From positions 141,545 through 205,544 of the IMG/VR virus record IMGVR_UViG_3300048597_000634: 64,000 nt of DNA, one strand, 5' to 3'. Positions within the stretch are counted from its first letter, which is position 1. Each line of letters starts with the position of its first letter. The translations under genes were made by a program, and so were the position numbers. This document shows positions 52,322-62,633 of this stretch, in pieces. Below the pieces are notes generated by a model that worked only from the letters and a program-made list of their open reading frames with translations, did no database searches and had not been told where the DNA came from.

Positions 52322-52608
52322 TTGTCTAATGGGAGGATTCCTTCCCTGTTGAGATCGTTAATATTTAATCGGCCGTACATAGCATTAATACGGTAGGCAA
52401 CGTTATTCATCACTTGGTCGCCCATAGCGACTGCAGAGCCCACACAAATCTTTTGCTCTGCCTTGTGGAGCCTAGTGGTCTTATGGCAGAGGAACGGCTC
52501 GTCTTTGTAGAGGATGCTGTGGGCTATTTCTTGTTTGCGTTCTCGGCTTAGTGTCTTAAGGAAGACAGAGCCCTCACGAAACGGACAGTTACGGCAGGGT
52601 TGTTGCAT
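52276..52608 (-). CDS. Cys/His zinc-binding hypothetical protein (DUF6283-like)
   Basis: PCRNCPFR...FLCHKT...CVGS. Confidence 0.55.
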   Translation of the reverse strand: MQQPCRNCPFREGSVFLKTLSRERKQEIAHSILYKDEPFLCHKTTRLHKAEQKICVGSAVAMGDQVMNNVAYRINAMYGRLNINDLNREGILPLDKWLITTQAPAPTTFE

Positions 52609-53314
52609 CGTTAATCTCCTTTAAGATCACCTCCCGTTTTTCTGCATCAAGGGGGTCAAGGATGAGCAATTCTTTTAATAACGCTAGTATCTTAGACTGT
52701 AGTTTTAGCAAGGTTAGCATCTTAGGCGCGGCAGCTATTAACCTAGCATTGGCCGCTGCCTCTTCATCATCAATATGATAACTACCATTGATGCCTACTG
52801 AGATGCTAGTAGAGCACGTAGCTACAGTGACTTCTACTCCGTCTTTAGTGGTAGCTATTACAGTGGGGATATGGGTTCCGTTATGAAATCGCCAGGCGCC
52901 GGCGGTGTGTTGTTTATTAGTCATTGGTTGGTGGGTTTAAGCGTGAGTCACGGCTATCTAAACACCAAAGTAGTTGGTCTTTATTTTCTTGGCACCACCA
53001 GCCCCACAATTCATCCTTATAGAAACTTCGGTTGGTGGGTGACATCAAAGGACTAAACACTTCTAGCTCTTTGTCTTGCACTTTGACAACAATAGCTTCA
53101 TAGCTCTGCTCAAGGTATTGATTGTCTTCGCTAGTTACTTGTACAGACTCATCGCCTAGCGAGATAGTGTAATCAGTGCCTATTGGTATCTGCTCAATTT
53201 GATAAACCTCGCAGTGGTCGCCCACGCGCGGGCGGCAGTTACCTGTGACTACATGTTTCTTAGGTACCATTAGCTAATCCTTTTGATTAAGTTGTTAGTT
53301 TGTTCTGACGCCCA

Positions 53315-54067
53315 CTAAATACAAGACCCGAATAACTTATTAGCCACAGCATATAATTTGTTAATTACACCCATGTCTTCTGCGTACTCCAAGACCTTCT
53401 TGTTTTCGTTCTTGGCGCGGGCGGATAAGTCAACATGGTGGATGTAGCGGTACTCTTTGTACAGATAATTCCAGAGCGAGGAGTAGGACTCGCCGGTGGA
53501 ATAGGAATAGCCACGGACTAATTCGTTAATAGCACTACGAATAGACTTAGGCGGTACTTCTTCTACTACTGGCGGCAATGCGCGGAGCTCTTCAGACACT
53601 TTGGCGAATCGGTCTTCAATCTTACCAAGACGACTATCGTGCTGCTGCAGTTTCTCAGCCTGTTCTCGCTGTTGTTTTTCTACTGCAATCATAGCTTCGG
53701 CGTGCATCTTTAACAGCTCACCTGGAGTTAGCTCTTTGATGCTATAGGAGCCGGTCTTGCGGATAGAAGGTAGGACTTCAGAGGTCACCCATTTTTTAAA
53801 TGGTTTAGCTATCGGCTTTCGGCAACCCAGCACTAACGAGTATAATCCCGACTCTGATATTAGCCACTTGGACTTAATGCGTTCTATTTCAGCAGTACGG
53901 ATTGAATCCGTACTAACTTTCTCATCGTCGTCAAGCCGCTTAATCGCATCACTTACGTCTAGTTCTAGTACGTGACATGTTTCGCTTGCTACGAACCAAG
54001 GTTCTCCATCGATGTTAATTACGTTGATAGGGTTGTTGTTGAATTGAAATACAGTCAATTCATTCAT
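53315..54067 (-). CDS. BRO-N domain antirepressor-like protein
   Basis: FQFN...IDGEPWFVA...ISESGLYSLV...AKPFKKWVTSEVLPSIRKTGSY. Confidence 0.9.
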   Translation of the reverse strand: MNELTVFQFNNNPINVINIDGEPWFVASETCHVLELDVSDAIKRLDDDEKVSTDSIRTAEIERIKSKWLISESGLYSLVLGCRKPIAKPFKKWVTSEVLPSIRKTGSYSIKELTPGELLKMHAEAMIAVEKQQREQAEKLQQHDSRLGKIEDRFAKVSEELRALPPVVEEVPPKSIRSAINELVRGYSYSTGESYSSLWNYLYKEYRYIHHVDLSARAKNENKKVLEYAEDMGVINKLYAVANKLFGSCI

Positions 54068-54438
54068 TAGCTAATCCTCTTAATAATATGGTCAATTTGA
54101 TTGTTCAATGCGCCACCTTGTATCTCACCCAGGCGGATAGCCAAGAGTAACTCAAACATCTCTGGAGCGGCGGCGCATAACTTAGCGTTAGCCAAAGCTT
54201 CTTGTTTAGACATCTGATAGGAACCAGTCTGTCCATTACTAACGCCAGGCGCACAGCTTGCTATTGCCACGTAGTATTCTTTTTGTTTATCGGGGGTCAG
54301 AGCGGCGCGTACTTCAGGGATGTATTTGCCATGTACGGCTAACCAATGACCTTGGGTATAGGTTGGGCTGAAGTCTACTTGGGACTTAGAGGAACGGTCT
54401 TTACAGATTAATTTCATAGGTTTAATGGAGATAATAAG

Positions 54439-54810
54439 GAAGCCCATTAGTCGTGGAGATGACTAACAGGCTTCTTTTTCGGAGCAAATACACAGAAGGT
54501 GTTGCTACTAGCCTAGTGCAAAATGAAGCCCACCAGTCGTAGAGGTGACCAGTAGGCTTCTGCACAAAGGAGAAGTTTATGGAACATGCTGCTGCTAACA
54601 CCAGCTTAATGCAAAATGAAGCCCACTAGTCGTAGAGATTACTAATGAGCTTCTCCATGAGGCAAAATATGCATATTTCTAGCTTAATGTAAAACAACGC
54701 CTGCTAACATGCCACGAGCTAGCAAGCGTCGGTCAACTTCTAAGAAAACAACTATATTCAGTTTAGCTGAAAACAAAGCCCACCAGCTTGTAGGAGCACT
54801 GGCGGGCAAT
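54439..54810 (-). repeat. tandem array of hairpin / TTTT / TAnnCT units with variable inserts (putative sRNA array)
   Basis: Three 36-nt imperfect repeats GAAGCCCAYYAGTCGTRGAGRTKACYARYRRGCTTC at 54439, 54525 and 54618, plus two diverged hairpins near 54698 and 54778. Confidence 0.75.
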
Positions 54811-55499
54811 TCACAGTCCATCAGAACGAAACACTACTTACACTTTAACTGTATTCTTCGGACCATGGGTAATGACAAAGCCACCGTTCTCATGCAAAGT
54901 TAGCACGCCCATGCCGTCGATGACCATCCGACCGTCTTCCAGCTCAGTAACTTCAGGACAGTTACCATTGGCGTAGCCCGGTACGACGTTAAACGTTAGC
55001 TCTTCAGTCTCCTGGTCTAGCTTCATGGTCATGCTAGCCGGACTGGTGTGAGGTAGGTTAATAGGCGCAGGCAATGGTGCCTTAGACTTGGCAATCATTT
55101 CTTTATATTCTGGGGAGTCGTCTTCAAAATTAGATGCGCTAGCAAGGGGTTTTGTATTGAGGTCAGTCATAGCTTATTTAGTTAGTGTTCAATTTCAAAG
55201 AAATCTACTAGACCTAGGGAAGACATAAGGAAGTCGTAGCATTTATCTTTTATCTTCTTAATGTCCCATAGGTGGTCTACATCTAATACTAGCTTAGGGT
55301 CGTCTTGGTTTGCCCAATAGCCGCGGATATAGCTTGGTGGCAGTTTTGCTTCTCTTAGATAATGTAGTGCTTCGTCCCATCTAAGTCGGTCGGTCTTACG
55401 CCCTATGCTTAAATGTTTAATCTCAGCGGTAAGCATTGTCGGTAACCCATCCTGAAAAGAGGTTAATGAATAAATAACTCCACTGAATACTAGCTTAAG

Positions 55500-55709
55500 T
55501 TAGCTAATGATTTCGTCGTCCGTTATACGGGTGAAGCGTCCGTCGAAGAATTCTTTGTAAGGTCTGACCCATACCTTGTTATCTACCATAGATTTATAGA
55601 CTACGTGTGGTTCTTGGTTATGTTCCAGTAGGGCCCATTCGACTAGGACTTGATACTCTCCGTTAGTCTTTACGTGACGGTATAGGTTATGGGTTACGGG
55701 TACGGGCAT
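55500..55709 (-). CDS. DUF1653-like protein
   Basis: YRHVK...Y.V...VVYKS....WVRP..EF...RF. Confidence 0.7.
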   Translation of the reverse strand: MPVPVTHNLYRHVKTNGEYQVLVEWALLEHNQEPHVVYKSMVDNKVWVRPYKEFFDGRFTRITDDEIIS

Positions 55710-56001
55710 GGTCGAATTCGATTAAATACGGCTGAAGCCAGGCGTCTAAGGTTTCTAGATGGTCTTGGGTTAGGTCAAACCATTCGCTGTTGAATCTCAG
55801 TCGGCGCTGCCAGAACATTTTATGCACTTGTTGTTCCAGCTTCCTGGCTATTTTAGATGGTACTGGGTAGGTTTTTAGTAGTTGGAGTTTGGTGGCGGCG
55901 CCGGTTTGCAGTTGCTTCAAGCGCCGCTTAGGGTTCCTGCTGACCCCAATCTTGTAATTAGAGTCAGCAAGGATTAGATATAGGTAACTAGTATCTAGCA
56001 A
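55687..56001 (-). CDS. GIY-YIG (T5orf172-like) protein
   Basis: YLYLI...YKIGVSRNPKRRLKQLQTG...LE...H...SEWF. Confidence 0.8.
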   Translation of the reverse strand: MLDTSYLYLILADSNYKIGVSRNPKRRLKQLQTGAATKLQLLKTYPVPSKIARKLEQQVHKMFWQRRLRFNSEWFDLTQDHLETLDAWLQPYLIEFDHARTRNP

Positions 56002-56834
56002 GACCCTACATGTGCCACTTTAACAGGCACTACGTTATTCAATGCTTCCGCTTTATCAGCAAATAGCATACTGACGTAGCTAGACATAGTGGCTGCGCTA
56101 TAGGGTAATCGGATGGCATTGCCGGAGGAGTTGCTACAGTTAGTATTAAATGAGACTACTGCTGTTTCAGATCGGTCTTTAACGAATAAGTATTCGCTTA
56201 GCTTAGACAATTGAGTGAGTTGTTGTACGAGCCACCCGCCGCTATGTCCTACGTTAAGGATATGTTGTGGTTGAACTAGGACTTCGAAGACTGGGCCGGC
56301 GTCTGGGCAGCTACCCATTACCCAATTGAATTCTCCTACAGTTAATACGTCACTGCTGACAACGTTACCGCTGGTGAATGAATCACTGCTAGACCAGTTA
56401 GTTATATCACGGTCGTTCAACCAGCTAGCGCGTTGATACATAACGACGTCGCCGTTTAAGGTCAGTGGAGCGTCTACGGTACCTACCCGAGAGAGGAATT
56501 GTACGTTCCGTTCTTGTTGGAAGAAGGATTCGGGCAGGCGGCTTACGAACCGTTCGAAGGGTTGGGTAGGCATGCCGCTATCTTTTAGGGATTGTAGGCG
56601 GTCGCCAATGCCGAATAGGTTCTTATTATCTTTGACGAAGGATAGGTAGCAATCCTTAAGGTTAAGGTCTTGCTCTAGGATATCAAGGGTGCCTTTAGTG
56701 AGGAGGCAATCCCGAAGGAGTTCGTAGACCATACCGTTGGAGTCTTTGTTGACGAAGCGGACGGATTTGTCAGACTCACGGTAGAAAGAGATAGCCTCGT
56801 CGGTTACGAGGTACTTGACTGATTTGGTAGGCAT
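55995..56834 (-). CDS. rIIB-like protein (divergent)
   Basis: PFERFVSRL...FL......PLTLNGDVVMYQR and EVLVQPQHI resemble rIIB motifs. Confidence 0.45.
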   Translation of the reverse strand: MPTKSVKYLVTDEAISFYRESDKSVRFVNKDSNGMVYELLRDCLLTKGTLDILEQDLNLKDCYLSFVKDNKNLFGIGDRLQSLKDSGMPTQPFERFVSRLPESFFQQERNVQFLSRVGTVDAPLTLNGDVVMYQRASWLNDRDITNWSSSDSFTSGNVVSSDVLTVGEFNWVMGSCPDAGPVFEVLVQPQHILNVGHSGGWLVQQLTQLSKLSEYLFVKDRSETAVVSFNTNCSNSSGNAIRLPYSAATMSSYVSMLFADKAEALNNVVPVKVAHVGSC

Positions 56835-56885
56835 AAAGGTTAATTGGTTGGAATGGGCGCGGGGGCGGCGGGTTTAGTTGTCTTT

Positions 56886-57500
56886 TTATGTAGCGGTTTC
56901 TAGGATGGTGCGTTCGGTGTCTAGGTTGCGGTTAATGGCGCGACTAGACTCGAACTTATCAGAGTATCGTGCGTAGAGCTTAAGAAGATTTTTACGAAGG
57001 ATGGGGTTAAGGTCTGGGTAAGTACCAGCGAATAGTATGTGAGCATACCAAAGGAAGTCACCGAGTTCTTCTTGTATGTTCACAACATCTAGTGGAGCAC
57101 CGTCGTATAGAGCGGTGTACAGTGCTTCGACCAGTTCTACCGCTTCGGTAGCCATACCGAGGATACAATGAATGATTTCGGGGGTGCATACGTGGGTAGG
57201 CCATTGCCCGGCGACTGGTGGTGCGGCTACCATAGAGTCGCTGGTCTCTTTAGATACCCATTGGGCGGCTTGTAGTTCCCGGTTGACCTCGGCTACGTTC
57301 TTACCGTAGAAGAGAGCCTTCTTGATTTTGTCTAGGGTATTGCCATAGTAGATGAAGTCTGACATTGCCTTAAGGGCAAGGGGGTAGTCAAGGTCGTCGC
57401 CGTAGAATTCGTGGGATAGGGTGACCTCAGCGCCGGCGCAATACTCAGCCCAGGTAAGGTCTTCGCCGGCTTTGCATTTTTCGATGATGTGGTTAGGCAT
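56886..57500 (-). CDS. MazG-like nucleotide pyrophosphohydrolase
   Basis: LGMATEAVELVEA...IQEELGDFLWY...NLLKL.ARY. Confidence 0.78.
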   Translation of the reverse strand: MPNHIIEKCKAGEDLTWAEYCAGAEVTLSHEFYGDDLDYPLALKAMSDFIYYGNTLDKIKKALFYGKNVAEVNRELQAAQWVSKETSDSMVAAPPVAGQWPTHVCTPEIIHCILGMATEAVELVEALYTALYDGAPLDVVNIQEELGDFLWYAHILFAGTYPDLNPILRKNLLKLYARYSDKFESSRAINRNLDTERTILETAT

Positions 57501-58152
57501 GTTTGTTAAATAACTTACGGGTGCAGTCGAACTTCCAGTATTTGAAGATTTCTTCTCCTAGCTTAGACGGTAAGGTTAATAGAAAACTGACTACTGGTGG
57601 AATTTGTTTAATGCTGAAGCCTTTAGCTAGTAGAGTTCGGACTACGGTTAGTCGAATTAGCTTAGCCGTATCGGTAGCGCCGCCGCCGAATTTGGCCCAG
57701 GATTTAACGTGAGCGTGCTTCACCTTGCCAGGATACATCTGGCCAATAGCATTAGCACAGAGGCTATTTTGCTGGGGAGTGACGTACCAGAGGTTCTTGG
57801 GGTCATTATTCTTGCGGTTGCCATCTAGATGATGAACCTCAAGGATGCCCTTAACCACACGGTATTTACGGTCTGGTCGTTCCTTATAGCGTAGGAACCA
57901 AATGCCAGTGTAAAGGAAGAGGACGATTTGATGAACGCCTGCCACGTAACCGTGGTTAGTTGGATGGAAAACAAAGAAGCCGATGTCTTCGAGGATTTGT
58001 TTGAGTTCTGGGTTGTCTTCAAACTCAAGGACTAAGTAACCTTCGCGGTTAGTGAAGGTATCAGCCTGTTCTAAAAGAGAACGAGCCCCGTCGATTAACT
58101 GACGGAGCTCGCTCCTTTTAATGGAGTAAAAGTCTGCTCTCATAGTATTCAA
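57493..58152 (-). CDS. HNH endonuclease
   Basis: VHQIV...EVHHLDGNRKNNDPKNLWYVTPQQN. Confidence 0.8.
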   Translation of the reverse strand: MNTMRADFYSIKRSELRQLIDGARSLLEQADTFTNREGYLVLEFEDNPELKQILEDIGFFVFHPTNHGYVAGVHQIVLFLYTGIWFLRYKERPDRKYRVVKGILEVHHLDGNRKNNDPKNLWYVTPQQNSLCANAIGQMYPGKVKHAHVKSWAKFGGGATDTAKLIRLTVVRTLLAKGFSIKQIPPVVSFLLTLPSKLGEEIFKYWKFDCTRKLFNKHA

Positions 58153-59123
58153 AGTAAGTAGATTGTGGACACAGCTAACAGTTAACTAAGGCAGCGTGTC
58201 CACATGGTGTCACCTTCTCTCTGCCTGGCATCATCAATTAGAGCCTTATGAATAAGACTTTAAATTAGGTGGTGCTTATGTAACTGTTGGCTGTGCCAGT
58301 GCGTGCAAACCACGGCGGTTTACCTACCGGCTATCCCCTTTAGGGGCCCTAGATTTCCTGATGTTGGTTCATAGAACCGTTAAGCTGACGGTTTATCGCT
58401 TTACGTCGGCGCAGGCTAGGGTCAGGGTCGCTTTGTATATACCGCCGTGCTCCCTCTACTCCATGGCGAGAAGTTTACGGGTGGCGGGGCACCTACGATT
58501 CGGCGCGGGGCTTACTAGTAGGCCGTTAACCTTGTTTTGCGTGGAATATTACCATTTTAGCTTATGAAAAATAGTAGTGTCTAGTGCTACACCAAAGATT
58601 GGCGCTTGCGCTCTAATCTTGTGTAGGCGGGTAAATAAAAAATAGCTCGGTGTGAAATCCAAGCAGTCTTGGGTTTAAGTTTAGGTCTTTTAGCACGCTC
58701 ATAGCGACCTGTGCCTGCTCAAAGCTAAATGTCTCAGCTTCATATGTCTCGGTTAAGACTACAGTCGCATCAAGGTCAAATTTCTTAACGTAGCAGTCGC
58801 CCACCTTAATCTCAAACCGGGAAATAAACTTAACAATAGTGGTGGACCCAGTCAAGTTAGATACGTGCTTAGCTACATATTGAGCGTCTGTGAAGTTTGA
58901 GAACGGGTTATGGTAGGTATTATCGTCTAGATAGTATATGCCTCTGCTAAGGGACTTATATTCTTCGACTGTGCAACCTTCTGGTAGTAGGCATACGAAG
59001 TAGGTATTGAGTTTGTTCTGAGCTTCTTCAGGCACTGATGTGGGCTCGGCATTGAGCTCATTTAATAGTTGTTCATCGTCCATAGAGTTAAGCTGTAAGT
59101 GGAATTAAGTTTGAGGTCTACTA

Positions 59124-59327
59124 ATGAAACGTTTGGCTATCTTTTATGTGCTTACCGACGTCATCCTTATCTTGTTGTCTATGTACATTTACAGGAATGA
59201 CGCGGAGCACTGGGCTCATTACCTGTTCTTTTACACAGTAGGTATGTTAGTGACTGGCACCTTCTACTCCTTGAAAATCCGTCGCATTCGCGAAGAAGCA
59301 GAAGCTGCCAAGGTTACTGAATCCTAG
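59124..59327 (+). CDS. small two-TM membrane protein
   Basis: Two hydrophobic segments and a charged tail; fills the gap between minus-strand genes. Confidence 0.55.
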   Translation: MKRLAIFYVLTDVILILLSMYIYRNDAEHWAHYLFFYTVGMLVTGTFYSLKIRRIREEAEAAKVTES

Positions 59328-60178
59328 TCTTGTTCTGCCAGAGCAGACTCAGATTCAACTGCCTCTTCAGAAGTAGATACGGCATTATAAGTATCCCAAA
59401 TCTGAGAGGCAGTCATCCTTACGTCGTAGCCATCCCGAGCCAAGGTCTTGACCAACCACTTGAGTCCCTTAAATGTGAACTTCGTTGACTGATTGGTGCG
59501 AATATTCCCATAGTTATCTTGCCAAGAAGATGTGACCACAATAGCCCACTCAGCTTCAAGGGCTTTGCGGTATGGCACCGGCGCGCTCTGGATTAAGAAC
59601 TCCTTCTCCTGAAGATACTTGATTAGGTTGTTCCGCCCCAGCTTCTTAATATTGAGGGCGTCAGCAACTTGCTTCATACTAAGGCAGGAGTCTTCGTGGG
59701 TGATAGCCCGGTAAGTCTGGAGTGTGTCTTCGGCTTCAACCAGTTTACCTGAGTAGAATTCTGTCTGTGCTTCCAGGATTTTGTTCTTAGCAGATAACTC
59801 TAGCTTTTCTTCTTCTGCAACTACTAGAGCTTTGAGGGCAGACAAGTAATCTTTAGGTAAACTGTGGTAACCTCCGGTCTCACGAATAGAAGGAAGAACT
59901 TCACCAAAGACCCATTGTTGGAACTTCTGAGAAGAGTCTAGTTTGCTGGAGAATATGAGTTGATATATGCCCGGCTCTTCTAGAACCATTATGTCACGGG
60001 ACTTTCCGTCAACTGTTGTCGCTTTGGCAACACTTTTATTTTCTGCGAACACCTTTCTGGATATAGTTGCTGCAGGGTCAGCGTAACCTAAAGCAGTGGC
60101 TACGTCATTAGCTACAGGCTTACCGTCTACAAAACGGACCTCGAATTCCTCGAAGTTAAATGCGATTAGATTTGACAT
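59324..60178 (-). CDS. BRO-N plus ANT/KilAC antirepressor
   Basis: Likely start MSNLIAFNF at 60178; EPGIYQLIFSSKL...FQQWVFGEVLPSIRETG; LGRNNL..YL...T.FT.KG..W. Confidence 0.85.
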   Translation of the reverse strand: MSNLIAFNFEEFEVRFVDGKPVANDVATALGYADPAATISRKVFAENKSVAKATTVDGKSRDIMVLEEPGIYQLIFSSKLDSSQKFQQWVFGEVLPSIRETGGYHSLPKDYLSALKALVVAEEEKLELSAKNKILEAQTEFYSGKLVEAEDTLQTYRAITHEDSCLSMKQVADALNIKKLGRNNLIKYLQEKEFLIQSAPVPYRKALEAEWAIVVTSSWQDNYGNIRTNQSTKFTFKGLKWLVKTLARDGYDVRMTASQIWDTYNAVSTSEEAVESESALAEQD

Positions 60179-60191
60179 TGTGTTGATTAGA

Positions 60192-60548
60192 CTAAAGTTT
60201 GTTGACACGCACAGACACCCGACCTTGTCGTAGTGGTGCGATGCGTTGGAAGGCGGCGCGGCTAAGGTCGATACTACAATTCCCACACCGGTCTGTAATA
60301 GTAACCACCACCGACTTACCATTAGCTGGATTAGTGACTCTTACCCTGGTACCCAGTCGATAGTGGTTAGAAGCAGCAGTCATCGCATTGGGGTTATAGG
60401 GGCGCCCATTAGCTTTGGTTCGCCCCGCCAACGACGGATGGTAGTAAGTAGCACTAGCCCGGCGCCCCGCCTCTGCAGGTAACGCGGGGACTAATAGTGC
60501 CATTAGTGATACTAAAACTGCTGCTTGTTTAATTGTTGAATAGGTCAT
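60192..60548 (-). CDS. rlpA: RlpA-like DPBB lytic transglycosylase with signal peptide
   Basis: ATYY...G.TKANG..YN...MTAA...LGTRVRVTN..NGKSVVV.ITDR...IDLSRAAF. Confidence 0.85.
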   Translation of the reverse strand: MTYSTIKQAAVLVSLMALLVPALPAEAGRRASATYYHPSLAGRTKANGRPYNPNAMTAASNHYRLGTRVRVTNPANGKSVVVTITDRCGNCSIDLSRAAFQRIAPLRQGRVSVRVNKL

Positions 60549-60574
60549 TAATTACGTTGGAATTCGACTTGTTG

Positions 60575-61924
60575 TTACTTCATGCGTTGGGCAACGGCAC
60601 GGGCTAACTCCGACCGTACTGAGTCCAGTAGGGTCAAGTGAGCAAAGCCTTGGTAGCCCCGCATGCGTTCTGTGGTAACAGCCAGACCATTGCTGAACTC
60701 GTCCATGAACTTGGCAGCTTCCTGGTCTATCTGCTCCACGTCACCTAATAAGATTAGCTTAGAGCCTGAGCCAATCCGGGTTGCTATTGTTTTGGCTTCC
60801 GCCGGCGGCACATTTTGCATCTCGTCAAGTACAATTATGCTATTGCGCCAAGTTACTCCTCTAATATAGGAAAGGCTGACAGTTTCCACGGGACCATCGG
60901 GGTTATTATCCGACTTTACGTAGATATCATAAGGATTCAGCCCAACCATACGACCCTTTTGAGTCTTGTCGGTCTTAGCAAGCTGATTAAGACATCCGTA
61001 CAAACCGGCGAGCCAAGGGTCAGTCTTTTCTTGGATATTACCTGGGAGCCACGGTGGTTTATCGCCGACCCCTACCTCTTTACGACCAATGATGATGGTT
61101 TCATATAGACCTAGGTTTTGGCACATATGCAAGGCGGCGGCTAAGGCTAATAACGTCTTACCTGACCCCGCTTGACCAACCAAGGACATCATAGTGACCT
61201 TAGGGTCTAAGAGCAGTTCTAAAGCATATTTCTGCTCAGAGTTAAGCGGTTGAATGCCGGTTACCTTTAGCCCATTGTGAGTGCTAATGACGCTTAAGCG
61301 ATTACGAGATTCATCATAGCGGGTTAAAGCTTGGCGACCGCCGGAAGCCATCAGGGTGACGCATTCATTGTGCGTAAGGTTATTTAGTTGTTTAAGGGTT
61401 AAGTCGCCTAGTGAGTCTACCAAGATAGACTTATTCGGGTCAGACCAGAGCTCTACTAGTTCATCGTCTGACTCACAGCATACAGAGCGATGACCAGTGT
61501 AGATGGATTCTACCCGTTCATTGCGGTAGTCTTCGGCGTAAATACCTTGGGTGCGGGCGGCTACGCGGAGACCGAGGTCTTTGCTGACCACGATAGCGCC
61601 GGGACACTGCTGACTATATTCAATGATTTTGATATCACCGTAAGTATCGGGGTGACTTAGTTTAGCCCCCGCCCCTAAGACTAAACAACCGCTATTGGGT
61701 AGCGGAATGTTAGGTAGTGCTTCAAAGTATTCGAGACTGAGTTTGTCTAAGTGTCTGGTGACCTGACGGCTATTTTTACCGATGATGCCGGGGCTATTCT
61801 TCTTTTTATCTAGCTCTTGTAGGACAACCTCTGGAATATGTACCTCGTTGTCCTTAAACTTAAACAAAGCCTCGGGGTCATGTAATAACACCGAGGTATC
61901 AAGGATGTATCTTTTCTTTGCCAT
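60575..61924 (-). CDS. phoH: PhoH-family protein with N-terminal PIN domain (PhoH2-like)
   Basis: YILDTSVLLHDP...ELD (PIN); GQAGSGKT, LPG...EK, YIRG, DEMQN, TRIG.GSK...GD..QID. Confidence 0.92.
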   Translation of the reverse strand: MAKKRYILDTSVLLHDPEALFKFKDNEVHIPEVVLQELDKKKNSPGIIGKNSRQVTRHLDKLSLEYFEALPNIPLPNSGCLVLGAGAKLSHPDTYGDIKIIEYSQQCPGAIVVSKDLGLRVAARTQGIYAEDYRNERVESIYTGHRSVCCESDDELVELWSDPNKSILVDSLGDLTLKQLNNLTHNECVTLMASGGRQALTRYDESRNRLSVISTHNGLKVTGIQPLNSEQKYALELLLDPKVTMMSLVGQAGSGKTLLALAAALHMCQNLGLYETIIIGRKEVGVGDKPPWLPGNIQEKTDPWLAGLYGCLNQLAKTDKTQKGRMVGLNPYDIYVKSDNNPDGPVETVSLSYIRGVTWRNSIIVLDEMQNVPPAEAKTIATRIGSGSKLILLGDVEQIDQEAAKFMDEFSNGLAVTTERMRGYQGFAHLTLLDSVRSELARAVAQRMK

Positions 61925-61959
61925 GGTTAGGTAAGAGTGTTGTAAAAAGAAGAGCGAAT

Positions 61960-62622
61960 CTACGACCAACCTAGCTCAGCGGCGGCATAGATAGTAGGGA
62001 ACTCAGCCTTGAAGATATCGGATATAGCGAAAGCAACTTCACGATGTTCTAGTTGCGTCGCTTTATCACAGCGCACCTTTAAGTAGTGAATCCAACTACG
62101 GACTGACCCCTTAAGATACATGCGGGTCTGAGTGTTAAGGGGAAGCAGGAACCTGGCACATTCCTTAGCTATACCTTTCTTTAGTGCTTCCTCATATAAA
62201 TTCTTAGACATCTCCCAGACACTAGACTGACTATCTACAAACCAATCTTTAACTTCTAACGGCAGATCATCAATAGAATTTTGACGGTTTTTAAGGTCTT
62301 GGCGGCGCGCTTTGTATGACTCGTAATCTAAAGCCTTGGTATATCTTTGTGACATTTCCTGCGGAAATAAAGTTTTGTGCCTTAAGATTTGAGCTGCTAT
62401 ACCACGACTAGTGATAACTTCTACGGTCATGTCGACTTGTTCAAATATACTCCAATGTCCTTCTTTAATGCAGTACCTCAACAGCTTCTCATAGTTTGGA
62501 TTCTCTTGATTAGGACTACTAACCCTCGCGCAATAGGCAATTAACCCTTCTGGGGTGGGCACTGATCCATCCTCGAAGGTGATACACGGTTTAGTTACGG
62601 CAATTAGACGTACAGAAGGCAT
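61960..62622 (-). CDS. thyX: flavin-dependent thymidylate synthase
   Basis: HWSIFE, QILRHK...[22 protein letters not shown]...R...TQLEHR. Confidence 0.93.
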   Translation of the reverse strand: MPSVRLIAVTKPCITFEDGSVPTPEGLIAYCARVSSPNQENPNYEKLLRYCIKEGHWSIFEQVDMTVEVITSRGIAAQILRHKTLFPQEMSQRYTKALDYESYKARRQDLKNRQNSIDDLPLEVKDWFVDSQSSVWEMSKNLYEEALKKGIAKECARFLLPLNTQTRMYLKGSVRSWIHYLKVRCDKATQLEHREVAFAISDIFKAEFPTIYAAAELGWS

Positions 62623-62633
62623 AAGTAATTCAA

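Noticed and set aside
54439-54653. CRISPR array (three 36-nt repeats)
   Set aside because: The repeats are degenerate, the intervals (50 and 57 nt) contain conserved promoter-like sequence, the repeat ends are not CRISPR-like, and there are no cas genes in the window. Reported as a putative sRNA array instead.
60179-60322. N-terminal extension of the BRO/ANT ORF
   Set aside because: It overlaps the rlpA-like gene; the domain begins at the ATG at 60178.
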